A stretch of 59,548 nucleotides of DNA, taken from positions 62,001-121,548 of the IMG/VR virus record IMGVR_UViG_3300022851_000011, one strand, 5' to 3'. Both the position numbers and the translations under genes were made by a program. Positions 9,390 to 19,690 of this stretch are shown here, piece after piece (positions within the stretch are counted from its first letter, which is position 1; each line of letters starts with the position of its first letter). Below the pieces are notes generated by a model. That model saw only the letters and a list, made by a program, of their open reading frames with translations. It was not told where the DNA came from and ran no database searches. The DNA comes from an uncultured virus (IMG/VR IMGVR_UViG_3300022851_000011). Its lineage: Duplodnaviria; Heunggongvirae; Uroviricota; Caudoviricetes.

Positions 9390-10415
9390 TTAGCTACGAT
9401 GTAAGTCAAGTGTGCAACAATGAATCCCTCCACCAAGTGTTCGTGCCATATCCATTGGCGTGTCAATAACCTCAATGCCGTGCGCTTCAAGTCGTTTTTT
9501 AATGTATGGTTGTCCTGATTCCATCAACACCAAACCCGGCTCAATAACCAATAAGTTCAATGCAATCCACTTAGACGCATACGGGTAGTCTTTGAAATAT
9601 TGTGCCACAACTTCTTCTTCGGTAATGTAAATCTTTTCCCAATCCTTAAAGACCTTCGGGCAGTTGCTTTCATTTACACGATTGGCATTAAGCATAACCA
9701 ATCCTTCTTTAAGCGGACAAATAGTGCTATCGATATGAGCATAACTATATAGGTTATCAAGAATATGAACGGTCTTATCAGGTAGCATTTGCTGTAACCA
9801 TTCGCCGCCACGATAGTTACCTGTCTCACTTACAAGGTATAGTAGATCATCATTCACCCTGCATACGTTTGCTGCGTCGAAGATAGGATAGTCTTCGGTA
9901 AGTATCATCTTGTTATTGTCGTGGTCAAGTTTGAAATCATCATCGAATAATGCTGGTTTAGGTGCACTGAACCATACTGCCCCATCCTTTATTGCATCTC
10001 GTTTAATGTGTTCGTATCCTTGGAACTCATACCAACGGCTTCTATACGCCATTGGTGTTTCAATGACACGGTTGCCGACTACTAGTAGAACGTCACGTGG
10101 ACAATAGCCATACATACCGTCGGTTTCCCAATAGTAGTTGTTATGTGTTTCACGGTAGTCAAGTTTCGCTGGGACTCGTGTTTTGATTCCATATTGCTCA
10201 AGACGAAGAACGATATCCATAAGGTTCTCGGTCGCCTTAGTTTTAACTTTCTTATCAAAGTTTCCTTGTGGCAACGATGTTTCTTTCCATTTAGTAGTGA
10301 TGGATTGCATACTGAATAAAGGGTCTTCGGTAGGGAAACGGGCAAAGTTGGATACACCAACCACCACATCATGTAACTTATCCCATTCGTTATTGCTATT
10401 TACTATCATCTTCAA
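9390..10415 (-). CDS. amidinotransferase (glycine/inosamine-phosphate amidinotransferase family)
   Basis: NEWD.L..VVVG, YCPRD, FDAAN, HIDST, GGGIHCCTLD. Confidence 0.92.
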   Translation of the reverse strand: MKMIVNSNNEWDKLHDVVVGVSNFARFPTEDPLFSMQSITTKWKETSLPQGNFDKKVKTKATENLMDIVLRLEQYGIKTRVPAKLDYRETHNNYYWETDGMYGYCPRDVLLVVGNRVIETPMAYRSRWYEFQGYEHIKRDAIKDGAVWFSAPKPALFDDDFKLDHDNNKMILTEDYPIFDAANVCRVNDDLLYLVSETGNYRGGEWLQQMLPDKTVHILDNLYSYAHIDSTICPLKEGLVMLNANRVNESNCPKVFKDWEKIYITEEEVVAQYFKDYPYASKWIALNLLVIEPGLVLMESGQPYIKKRLEAHGIEVIDTPMDMARTLGGGIHCCTLDLHRS

Positions 10416-10596
10416 TCTCGGTTACCAACAATCGCATCAGTTCTTCTTCTATATCTTTGCCCCACGCACTAATACTTCCATCCGAATATTCTACCTCTAC
10501 GTGATGTCCATCATCGTAATATGATACTATATATGGTTTTGGTTCTGGTGGGTCGGCGCAGAGTTCTTCCCAAAACAGTTCTTTATCTTTATTCAT
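10396..10596 (-). CDS. KExFW N-terminal motif protein lacking CxxC and WEW
   Basis: MNKDKELFWEEL..DPP. Confidence 0.6.
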   Translation of the reverse strand: MNKDKELFWEELCADPPEPKPYIVSYYDDGHHVEVEYSDGSISAWGKDIEEELMRLLVTEIEDDSK

Positions 10597-10828
10597 CTTT
10601 TCCATTCCATTCCCAATTATCTTTATATAATGCTCGGGTGGCTCCACTGATTGGGTGTGAAATGCTAGCACAATCAGGGTCTAGCATACGACCATTTTCA
10701 GATTTGGTGTCACACACAACAGAGTAATTTCCCATACCCATATTCGCAAAATGATCAAGATGTTTACAGTTACGGCAGTTATGGTGTGTTGGTTCACGCA
10801 ATGCTTTCCAAAACTTTTCTTTATTCAT
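10589..10828 (-). CDS. KExFW/WEWDG family member
   Basis: MNKEKFWKALREP...CRNC...NWEWNG. Confidence 0.8.
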   Translation of the reverse strand: MNKEKFWKALREPTHHNCRNCKHLDHFANMGMGNYSVVCDTKSENGRMLDPDCASISHPISGATRALYKDNWEWNGKDE

Positions 10829-10829
10829 T

Positions 10830-11336
10830 TTAAGTCGCTTTGGTCCATCCTGTCACCTGTAATGTATATCGGGGTTCAATCCCGATGTTTGCGGCAGAAT
10901 GCTTATTATCGTTCTGCCAAACGACATAATCACCAGCTTTCCAGTTAAGACATTCGCCATCAATCTCAAAGATGTGTCCCGGCTTTCGATCCTCTAAGAA
11001 GATCACTGCACGATTAATATTCTCGTTGTGCCATAACTCGTAAGCCTGTTTATATCGTGCGTACAGGTCTGCGTGTTCTGGTAGAATAACGCCTGTTTCC
11101 ATCACATAATAACTTGTTCCAACATCATTCCAATGACGGAAATGTTCTTTGACTAGGTTATTCCAAGACGGTTGTTCCTTGCGGAAATCAGCCATCTTGC
11201 CTACATAGTATTTGTGGGTATAACCGTCTTTCTTCCATTGATTCAACAACTCAGGGTCATTGAATGCTTCTCGTTGATAATCTAAAAACTTATATTCATC
11301 GTCCCAAAACGGTGTCATCTTTTCTATTTTATGCAT
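10830..11336 (-). CDS. cupin/2OG-Fe(II) aspartyl/asparaginyl beta-hydroxylase-like protein
   Basis: LPEHAD, RAVIFLED, HSAANIG..PRYTLQVTG. Confidence 0.7.
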   Translation of the reverse strand: MHKIEKMTPFWDDEYKFLDYQREAFNDPELLNQWKKDGYTHKYYVGKMADFRKEQPSWNNLVKEHFRHWNDVGTSYYVMETGVILPEHADLYARYKQAYELWHNENINRAVIFLEDRKPGHIFEIDGECLNWKAGDYVVWQNDNKHSAANIGIEPRYTLQVTGWTKAT

Positions 11337-11565
11337 TTTTTCTATCCCATTCCCATAATCTTTTTGCTTTATACGTGTTAAAAGGTCTGCTACTTGTGTT
11401 TGCAACCGATGAGTAAATATAATCATTATGAACATCGCACATTAATCCAGCCCGCAATGAACACGATGTGGTGCTAACCGTAGCTTCGTTAAAGAAACAG
11501 TTATCACACGTTCTTTTTGTTGGCTGGGTTAGCGCATTCCAAAACTCTTGTTTACTGTCATCCAT
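11329..11565 (-). CDS. KExFW/WEWDG family member
   Basis: KQEFWNALTQP...CDNC...LWEWD. Confidence 0.8.
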   Translation of the reverse strand: MDDSKQEFWNALTQPTKRTCDNCFFNEATVSTTSCSLRAGLMCDVHNDYIYSSVANTSSRPFNTYKAKRLWEWDRKNA

Positions 11566-12172
11566 TGATAGTTATATCTCGCAAATCAGGATAGTTGAAT
11601 GGCGGCGGGGATTTGATATCACCATCATCCAACATCCGCATACCTTTTATTGCCCATTCAGGACGCATATGATAATGATAACCAATATCAAATACATTTT
11701 GGTCAGCCCATTTATCATAGGTATGAATGTTACGACCATCATATGCCATACGTTTTAAGGTAGCGTAGTCGTCAGCGTTATCTAATAGTATAGCACCACC
11801 TGCGCCGATTTGCAATGGTTTTCCGTGCCCAAAACTAAGGCATTGCTTTTCACGTGGACGGAACATTCCTTCTTCAAATAATCTTGCCGAATCGTATACA
11901 CTTGGAATGACATCGTATTCGCCATCTTCTTCCCAATCAATATCCTTAAAGAAATAGTTCTTGTTAATCTTTTTTAACATCATCGGAATACTTAGATATG
12001 TTCGGGCTGGCAATGTGACATCCCACATTGTATATTCGTGCCGTAAGCACAGTTCCAATGCGTGTGTGCAACAATCTGTTAACACCACATAAGGTGCGCC
12101 AGTATATTCCGACAGCATATCCTCAAAATCTAATAATGCGTCAAACGGGTTTTCATAATCTTCTATAATCAT
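11558..12172 (-). CDS. DegT/DnrJ/StrS PLP-dependent aminotransferase (short phage form)
   Basis: DCCTHALELCL, YDSA, SFGHGKPL.IG.GGAIL. Confidence 0.85.
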   Translation of the reverse strand: MIIEDYENPFDALLDFEDMLSEYTGAPYVVLTDCCTHALELCLRHEYTMWDVTLPARTYLSIPMMLKKINKNYFFKDIDWEEDGEYDVIPSVYDSARLFEEGMFRPREKQCLSFGHGKPLQIGAGGAILLDNADDYATLKRMAYDGRNIHTYDKWADQNVFDIGYHYHMRPEWAIKGMRMLDDGDIKSPPPFNYPDLRDITING

Positions 12173-12393
12173 TCTCTTTCACCATCCCATTCCCATTGTT
12201 GTTTATAATGAATAAGTTCATATGTAGTGTGGTCCAATACATCTCTGTTATAGCATAGCCATTTGCCATTTCCCCAAAACGGGCTTTCATCAATACTGCA
12301 TTTAACAGTAACATAATCGCCTTTAAACTGACAGTTCATACAAGACTTTTCAGTTGGACCAGCCAATAACTTCCAGAACTTTTCCTTACTCAT
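12169..12393 (-). CDS. KExFW/WEWDG family member
   Basis: MSKEKFWKLL.GP...CMNC...QWEWDG. Confidence 0.8.
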   Translation of the reverse strand: MSKEKFWKLLAGPTEKSCMNCQFKGDYVTVKCSIDESPFWGNGKWLCYNRDVLDHTTYELIHYKQQWEWDGERE

Positions 12394-13132
12394 TTAGAAT
12401 CTCCATAAAATGTGGTTCCATAATGTCAGCAGCGGCAACATGTGCTTCTTCAAGAGGGTGTCCGTATTGCCCCTTTTCAAAGTTGTGTGCATTAGCCCAA
12501 TATACAAATCCTGTGTCGCCATAATCGTGCGGAAACCATTTAAACTTATTCCAGTCAATGCTGTCGTATAGACTTCTACAAATAGATGGACCATTATTCT
12601 TTAATGTATTCCAATGTTTGAAATCGTTCCATCGTTCAGCACAAGAAAACATATACGGGATGTTTCTATTATTCAAATATTCCTGTAGCAATAGGATTTG
12701 TGTAAGTGTGTTGTCAAGTTCATTCATACTATCAAGCATACGATATTCAACTTCTGCCCACTTGTCGGTGCCGAAGTTTTTGATGCGTTGAACATACTCA
12801 TCGCCAAAGCACGATGCTACCGTTTTATCAGACAAGTTTAGGTGTGCGGGTGTTAGGGTATACCAAGGACTATTCTGCTCTTTAGTATCAAATGAACAAA
12901 TGTAATCATAGCGTGAAAGATATGACCATTGAACTATTACCGCAACATTGTCGTCTATCGTTGATACCCTATCAATAATGCGTTTGGCGATATATCTGTT
13001 ACCTGCGCCGGGATAGCCTTCGTTGATATACTCAAATCCACGGCGTTCGGCAATATTTCCAGTCCACGTATTATCAGTATTTTGTAACTCTGCGCCTTGT
13101 ATCAGGCTACATCCACCAGCTATTAGTTTCAT
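12386..13132 (-). CDS. SGNH-hydrolase-like phage protein
   Basis: GGCSL..G, N.G.PGAGN..I, IVQWS..R, GHP.EEAH. Confidence 0.65.
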   Translation of the reverse strand: MKLIAGGCSLIQGAELQNTDNTWTGNIAERRGFEYINEGYPGAGNRYIAKRIIDRVSTIDDNVAVIVQWSYLSRYDYICSFDTKEQNSPWYTLTPAHLNLSDKTVASCFGDEYVQRIKNFGTDKWAEVEYRMLDSMNELDNTLTQILLLQEYLNNRNIPYMFSCAERWNDFKHWNTLKNNGPSICRSLYDSIDWNKFKWFPHDYGDTGFVYWANAHNFEKGQYGHPLEEAHVAAADIMEPHFMEILNE

Positions 13133-13326
13133 TCGCCATTCCATTCCCATTTATCAACGCTATTGTCAAGATGCAATCCACGTGAACAATACTTGTTTTC
13201 TGGCCAATGCGCCATGTCCAAATCTTGAATAAAGCATTCAAGACCATTCTTCTTAATACAGTTCGAACATGTTCGTTGATCATTTGGCGGGATTGTCAAT
13301 GCTCGCCAAAACTCATCCTTATTCAT
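13129..13326 (-). CDS. KExFW/WEWDG family member
   Basis: MNKDEFWRALT.PP...CSNC...KWEWNG. Confidence 0.8.
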   Translation of the reverse strand: MNKDEFWRALTIPPNDQRTCSNCIKKNGLECFIQDLDMAHWPENKYCSRGLHLDNSVDKWEWNGE

Positions 13327-13844
13327 CTAGTATTTCCATACCAATATGTCTTATGTTGTGAACGTACTTGACGCCAAGGGTCAACAACCACAGAATCTTC
13401 TGCGCCTTCGTTAAACGTATCTTGCGGATGTGCCATTAGATATACAGCAGGTTCGTCAAGGATTACATCATATTGCACATCATCAATATATGATCCAACA
13501 AGAATAGAACTTGACCCATCTTCGTAATCCACACCGGGCTTATAACTTTTGCCCATAATCACAACAGGTAGATTGTAACTAACTAGTTTGTCTGCCATAT
13601 TCTTGGCTTGTTGTTCACGGGCATTCATTACCGCATCAAACAAATCGTAGCCAAGATTTAGGTCTTTTGCCATCCAACGTAAAGCAATGTTGTCACGTGG
13701 GTGACAATTATGAATTACGATTCCAGTGTCAGCACACATATAAAATTGATCATCTTTATTTTCATGATTGGGTTCCACTTCTAAATTGTAAACATCACCA
13801 TTGTATTCAGTTATTTCAATATTTGTAATTCGTTCAGTTGTCAT
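13323..13844 (-). CDS. ugd: split intein C-half fused to UDP-glucose dehydrogenase C-terminal part
   Basis: 46-aa IntC (Y.G.VYNLEV...IVIHN) then CHPRDNIAL...GKSYKP. Confidence 0.9.
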   Translation of the reverse strand: MTTERITNIEITEYNGDVYNLEVEPNHENKDDQFYMCADTGIVIHNCHPRDNIALRWMAKDLNLGYDLFDAVMNAREQQAKNMADKLVSYNLPVVIMGKSYKPGVDYEDGSSSILVGSYIDDVQYDVILDEPAVYLMAHPQDTFNEGAEDSVVVDPWRQVRSQHKTYWYGNTR

Positions 13845-14656
13845 ATTTTAATTCCTAAGTTTTCTAAATCTCGTTTAAATAATAATTTAATTGGATTATT
13901 TGGGTGTTGTTCTTTTAGTAGATCAAACTTGGTTGGTTCTTTGCTGTGCCAGTAATCAGATTTAACATCTATATAGCACTTCCATTCATTCACATAAAAA
14001 TCAGGATAATAATTTCGTTCTTTACCATTTGCATCCACATAAGGGATACGTCCTATATGACAACTAAATGTCATATTGTTTCTATCTAACCATTTAATAA
14101 ATGCTAATTCCCATGTTCCTTGAACTTTGTACAATTCACCATTCGAATGGACGTAATCATGCCAAACACATTTTCCTGTTGTATTAGCGCCTATATATTT
14201 TCCGTCCTCCCATGCTTTTTTTGATCCTAATGAATATTTCTTTCTTTCTTCTTTTGTCATTCGTTCTGAACGGGTTTTTCCTACCTTTTTTTGTGTTTCT
14301 GGATTTTTCATTGGGTTATTATCTCCAATCATTCTTCCAGTTTTAGCACAAATATTTTTCATCATTATTGACATTTCCTGTCGTTTTTTTGGGTCACTCC
14401 ACACCTTTTTTAATGCGTCTGACATCTTTTTTATTTTCTCCGGACGGTTGTTTAATATCGACCGCCAACATTTATTACAATAATCCTTGTCAAACAGATC
14501 AACCTTTGTCATCTTGGTGTAATGTGATAAATCTCGTTCGTGTATTAGATCGCATTTGTCGCATTTCAATCGGATCATCTTTGTACTACAATAAACAGTC
14601 TTGTTTTTTTTCTTATCTATCCATGAATATTTTCGTCTAAATTCTTCTACTATCAT
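13841..14656 (-). CDS. free-standing homing endonuclease (PD-(D/E)XK type, NUMOD3-like repeats)
   Basis: QGTWE..FI.WLD, YYPDFYV...YIDVKS; lies between the two split-intein halves. Confidence 0.75.
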   Translation of the reverse strand: MIVEEFRRKYSWIDKKKNKTVYCSTKMIRLKCDKCDLIHERDLSHYTKMTKVDLFDKDYCNKCWRSILNNRPEKIKKMSDALKKVWSDPKKRQEMSIMMKNICAKTGRMIGDNNPMKNPETQKKVGKTRSERMTKEERKKYSLGSKKAWEDGKYIGANTTGKCVWHDYVHSNGELYKVQGTWELAFIKWLDRNNMTFSCHIGRIPYVDANGKERNYYPDFYVNEWKCYIDVKSDYWHSKEPTKFDLLKEQHPNNPIKLLFKRDLENLGIKI

Positions 14657-14711
14657 TATGTATCTCCTATACTTTATTTATACAAAAATACATAACAAGT
14701 ACCGTTATCAC

Positions 14712-15785
14712 CTATAAAATAAATAATTTATCTGTTTCTTTGATGTCTTCTGCCTTTATAATAATTCGTTTTCTTTTTCGTTCTACTGGAATTAAATGAT
14801 CTTTTGTAACTGATATTTTCTTTCCAGATTCGGTAGTAAAAGTATACAATGGGCCGCTATATTCTCGCATAGTAACATCGGCAATTTTCTTTTGGTCTTT
14901 CTTTGTTCCTGCCCAATTCATTGAATCTACGATATAATATTCAGTGTCGTTAAATGTGTTATATAACTCGCTGATTTCAATATGTGCGTCATTTACATTA
15001 ATTTTAAAGTCAGATTTAACACAAGCACCCCCATCGCCCATGCCAGCCTTCATATACATAGGTGACATAATACGGTGTGTTGAATGCGCAATGGCATCTG
15101 TAACTACATCAACATTGATATTGCCTTGCTTTTCAGCAACGTCTTGAATCATATTCACAAGACCGATTTTTGTAGAAATGAATGTATTGTAGAAAATCTT
15201 CACGCATTCCATTTCATCCCATGTTCCGACAACATAACGTGGGTCATTATCCATAACGGTTTCATAGAAATCAATCAACTCTCGTGCTTCAGTTGTTTCA
15301 TCGCCATCTTTAGTACCAATCATTACCATTTCTGGATTGACCATATCCCATCCAACTGTTCCCATAGCGATTAGGTATGGATTGTATACAAAGCGATTAC
15401 GTGGAATCACATCAATAAGCTCACGGCGAACTGTGCCGGGTAGCACGGTCGATACAAGGACCACCAGTGTCTGGCGATTACTATAACGATTAACTTCTTT
15501 CATCACATCTTTAACAATGGTGTAGTCAAAATCTTTTGGTGGCAAATGCGCAGTTGGGTATCGACCATCATAAGATTCTTCGTGGGGTGTTGGAACTGCG
15601 ATAAATAAAATATCAGGGCGGTTACTGTAGTCGTGGTGTATTAAATCTTTGATTGATTCCACACTAGTAACCAAATCTGACTTGAACCCTTGGATATCAT
15701 AACCGGTAACAGTATGACCTTTTTTAGCAATTTCTTCAGCGCACGGCAAACCAAGTTTACCAAGCCCTATAAACGATATTTTCAT
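14712..15785 (-). CDS. ugd: UDP-glucose dehydrogenase N-terminal part fused to split intein N-half
   Basis: GLGKLG Rossmann motif, AVPTP, STV.PGT, KIFYN, GMGDGGA then C-VKSDF (intein Cys1 at 15021-15023), VTKDH block B. Confidence 0.92.
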   Translation of the reverse strand: MKISFIGLGKLGLPCAEEIAKKGHTVTGYDIQGFKSDLVTSVESIKDLIHHDYSNRPDILFIAVPTPHEESYDGRYPTAHLPPKDFDYTIVKDVMKEVNRYSNRQTLVVLVSTVLPGTVRRELIDVIPRNRFVYNPYLIAMGTVGWDMVNPEMVMIGTKDGDETTEARELIDFYETVMDNDPRYVVGTWDEMECVKIFYNTFISTKIGLVNMIQDVAEKQGNINVDVVTDAIAHSTHRIMSPMYMKAGMGDGGACVKSDFKINVNDAHIEISELYNTFNDTEYYIVDSMNWAGTKKDQKKIADVTMREYSGPLYTFTTESGKKISVTKDHLIPVERKRKRIIIKAEDIKETDKLFIL

Positions 15786-15786
15786 A

Positions 15787-16863
15787 TTGGAGTGTCCTTT
15801 GTATGATGTTCTTAATTATAGCATTTCCATAGCTGAATTTCTATATAAAAATGGGTTTGGCATATATAAAAATGTATATTTTGAAGACCCCGGCACGGTT
15901 ACCGATTGTTATTTAGACATTCAGGTGAGTCATTCGGCGAATAGTGTAAAGTCATCCTTTATAAATATATTCGCCGCCAATGAACCAAACTTTTCATATG
16001 ATAAAATACCACAACTGAGAACTGCGAGAGGTTCCAAGAAGAAACTAATCCTTATTAGTGATTACAACAATGACTATAAGCAAACATTTGAAGGGTGCGG
16101 GTCGTTCGAAACAGTTTATTTTTTCTTTCAAGGATATTTAGCATTACGGTGGTATAGAAACTATAGACATTATAAACCATTCGACACCTTTGAATATAAG
16201 TATAACAGTTCAAGTCGTATCATAGAAGGTATGCGAGATTATCGTTTGTATCTATCAAGCATCCTGCCCGACCCACATACCAATCAAGTAAGCTGCTCAG
16301 ATATATGTCCATTCAGCAACAAAACCATTGACGAAATATTGGATAACCAATACTGCTTTTTAAACGAACATCAAAAGGCATCTGTGCGTAAAGCAAGCTT
16401 CCCATATCGGTATGATCACTTAGATAATCCTATCCCAAATACAAGTTTTGAGATTGATTGGGTCACGCAATCTAAATCATTCCTTCATGTAGTAAACGAA
16501 ACAGTTTTTTATGAGAAATTCAATCACTTAACGGAAAAGATATTCAAACCCATCGCACTACAACGTCCATTCGTATTAACATCAACACCCGGTTCATTAG
16601 CTTATTTGAAACGATATGGCTTCCAGTCATTTGACAAATGGTGGGATGAAAGTTATGACCTTGAACTTAACCCACGCCGCAGACTTGATATGATCGCAGA
16701 AGTTGTAAAGTATGTCAACTCATTATCTATGGATGATCTACACACAATGTATCATGATATGAAACCTATCCTAGAGCATAATAACAATCTATTTTACGGA
16801 GAGTTCGAAGATAGTATCCTCCAAGAACTAATAGTTAACTATCAACGGGCAGTCTATTCGTAA
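15787..16863 (+). CDS. conserved phage protein, glycosyltransferase-like C-terminus
   Basis: VVNET, LTEKIFKPI...PF, GF.SF..WWDESYD motifs. Confidence 0.6.
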   Translation: MECPLYDVLNYSISIAEFLYKNGFGIYKNVYFEDPGTVTDCYLDIQVSHSANSVKSSFINIFAANEPNFSYDKIPQLRTARGSKKKLILISDYNNDYKQTFEGCGSFETVYFFFQGYLALRWYRNYRHYKPFDTFEYKYNSSSRIIEGMRDYRLYLSSILPDPHTNQVSCSDICPFSNKTIDEILDNQYCFLNEHQKASVRKASFPYRYDHLDNPIPNTSFEIDWVTQSKSFLHVVNETVFYEKFNHLTEKIFKPIALQRPFVLTSTPGSLAYLKRYGFQSFDKWWDESYDLELNPRRRLDMIAEVVKYVNSLSMDDLHTMYHDMKPILEHNNNLFYGEFEDSILQELIVNYQRAVYS

Positions 16864-17138
16864 TGTTTATATATGTAATAGGTGGCGTGGATGGACCACA
16901 AAAAATAGGGTTCAGCAATGATGTTGATACAAGGTTAGCTGCACTACAGACAGGTAATCCCACTAAACTAAAAATACATTATTATGCGGAAGTGCCAGAG
17001 AAACAAGTTCGCCTTATAGAATCAGAAATACACAAAGCAAACCGTCACACTAGGGTATCAGGTGAATGGTTTGATATCACACCAGATGAAGCCATTGCCG
17101 AAGTGCAATACGGTGTTATACGTTGGTGTGATGATTAA
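16863..17138 (+). CDS. GIY-YIG T5orf172/MUG113 domain protein
   Basis: IYVIG, KIGFS, RL..LQTGNP, GEWF. Confidence 0.85.
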   Translation: MFIYVIGGVDGPQKIGFSNDVDTRLAALQTGNPTKLKIHYYAEVPEKQVRLIESEIHKANRHTRVSGEWFDITPDEAIAEVQYGVIRWCDD

Positions 17139-17172
17139 TCATCATTTTTCTTAGTATCAAATAAGTCTTTGT

Positions 17173-19690
17173 TTAGTAATTATGGTTATTATCGTAGTCG
17201 TGTAAATCATCTGGCAGGTCAACTTTACTTTCGCCATCGCCCCAGTTCATTGTATCATCATCTTCTGTAGGTGTATGATCTGTCCATCCATTGCCGTTGC
17301 TTTCATCAGATGCTTCAGCATTCACCCAATCGTTTTGAACATCACCATCACGTTCTAATCCAAATACGAAGTCGGCTTCTTCATCGTTCTTTTGCGAATC
17401 CTTCGCATCGCCTTCAGCAGACCCATCGTTCTTTTCCATTCCCGAATCTTTGCCTTCGCCGCTTCCTTTCCCAGAACCGCTTCCAGATTTTGAGCCACCT
17501 TTTCCGTGTCCTGAATCGTCGTTATCTTTGCCATCTTTATCCTTGCCTTTTCCAGAACCAGAATCCTTTCCATGACCCGAACCTGAACCAGTATCTTTAT
17601 CTTTTCCAGAGCCAGAATCCTTTCCATGTCCTGAACCAGACCCTGATCCACTTCCTGAACCTGAACCGTGTCCCGATCCACCGCCATTAGGGTCTTCGTA
17701 GTTTTCTTCACCTTCATCAGTTAAATCATCTTCAGTCGTTAGGTTCACTGTTGAACTTACTTCATCGTCACCGTCAGTGATTGTATATCCAAATGATGTC
17801 TCGCCATTCCAATTCTCGTCAGGCGTAAATGTAAACAGTTGTTCGTTAGCATCGTATGTCAATGTGCCGTTAGATGGCTGATCAAACGATACCAAATCCA
17901 ATACATCACCATCAAGATCATAATCATTTTCAAGAATATCATCAAGGTAAAACTGCGTAGCTTGATCTTCTACACCAGTAAAGGCATCTTCATCAGCGAA
18001 TGGTGTTGTGTCTTGGTCAATGATTTCATCACGTTCAATGAATGTTTCATCTGTTGTTGTTTCGGTAGTAATAATCGGATCACCAACCACCGTTTCAGTT
18101 GTTCCATCGGAATAGGTCAACGTGGTTGTTGGTGTCGTTGTATTTGTTACAGTCGTTGTAACCGATGTTGTGTCAGTGAACTCACGTGTGGTGACTTCAG
18201 TTGTCGTTCCATCTTCATTTTGAACAGTAACAGTCACATCTTCATACGTGGTCGTAACAGCAGGGTCAGTAACATCAGTTGACGTTACAGTATCATTTGT
18301 GGTAACAATCTCTGGATATTCGTAATCTGTATTGATTGCTTCAACATTTGTATCAACCGTCACGTTATCACTACTCACCACATCAGCGGCAGGATTGCCA
18401 TATTCTGTTTCCGTTGTTCCATCTGAATACGTCACAGTATACACAGGCGTAGTGGTTGTGGTCGTAGTGGTTGTTATCGTTGTGGTTGTAGTGGTATCTT
18501 CATATGTTGAAAGTTTTTCACGGTCATTGTCGTAATCAATCTCACGCTCAGTATATGTTTCTGATTGAACATCAACCACAGGATCACCGACAACCACGTT
18601 AACGTCTTGAACATATTCAACCGTTACCGCCGCATTCTCAAAGGTTGTGAAAGTATCAACGTGTTCTACTTCACGTGTTTATCAACAGAAGTTTCGTCCG
18701 TATAATTTCTAGTAACGGTTACATCTTCTTCATTGTTTTCTAAATCGTTGGTACGTGAAGTTACGTCTTCATACGTGGTTTCGGTAACAGGATCACTTAC
18801 AACCGTTACGGTTTCGACTTGCTGCGTTGTCTCGTATGTAGGTTCTTCGTATGATGTTTCACTGTTAACACTTGCATCACTCGTTTGGTCAACGGTAGAA
18901 TCTTGGCTAGTAACTGTCGGGTCAGATTCAGTCATGCTTACCACGTTACCATCTGCATCAGTAATAGTAGTTACTTCAACTTCGTATTGTGTTGTAGTTA
19001 CAGTGGTTTCGTATGTGTTAGTGGTAGTTGTATCGGTTGTAACAACTTCACGATTGTTTTCAAGGTCATTAGAACGTGACGAAACGGCGTCAGTGCTAGT
19101 ATCAACCAGCACTGGATCGCCTGTTTCTGTTTCACTATATGTGCGTGTGGTTACTGTTACAGTTAGACTGCCATTGCTGGTGCCAGAACCATCACCATCG
19201 CCAGAAGATGGATCGTCGCCCCCACCGTCACCGTTTCCAGTTGTGTCTCCATCTTCACCTTCATCTGTTCCAGTGTCGTCGTCGGTAGTGCTTCCTGTGC
19301 TTGTAGTATCGCCACCGTCATTAGTGGTGCCGCTAGTGCTAGGGTTTCCATTTACTTGTTCTCCATCTGTGATTGTTTCTCGTTTAACATTTCCAGTGTC
19401 GCCACTGAGTTCGGAACCATCTGTTCCCGTACTTCCACCAGTCTCTCGTATCGTCCCTCTGGCGGGTCCATCGCTACGGATTTCGTCTGGGTTGTCGCTG
19501 TTGATAATATCCCGAGGATTGTCATTGTCATCAATGCGACCATCATGGATACTACTAGTAATGTGTTGTCCGTTGCTTTCTCCACCATTTGATCAATGCG
19601 ACCATCATGGATACTACTAGTAATGTGTTGTCCGTTGCTTTCTCCACCATTTGATTCCCTGTACTGTACCACTAAATCATCTATCATTTT
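17173..19690 (-). pseudogene. fragmented large Thr/Gly-Ser-rich surface protein with cadherin-like (Ig-like) domain
   Basis: cadherin-like segment DILEND.D.DGD.L...PSNGTL...FTFTPDENWNGETSF.YTITDG; frame breaks near 18600-18670 and at a tandem duplication near 19530-19655. Confidence 0.6.
19531..19654. repeat. ~62-bp tandem duplication
   Basis: CAATGCGACCATCATGGATACTACTAGTAATGTGTTGTCCGTTGCTTTCTCCACCATTTGAT twice. Confidence 0.9.

Noticed and set aside
17271..19620. Long plus-strand ORFs (e.g. 18733..19620, 17839..18282)
   Set aside because: Antisense shadows of the low-complexity minus-strand gene.
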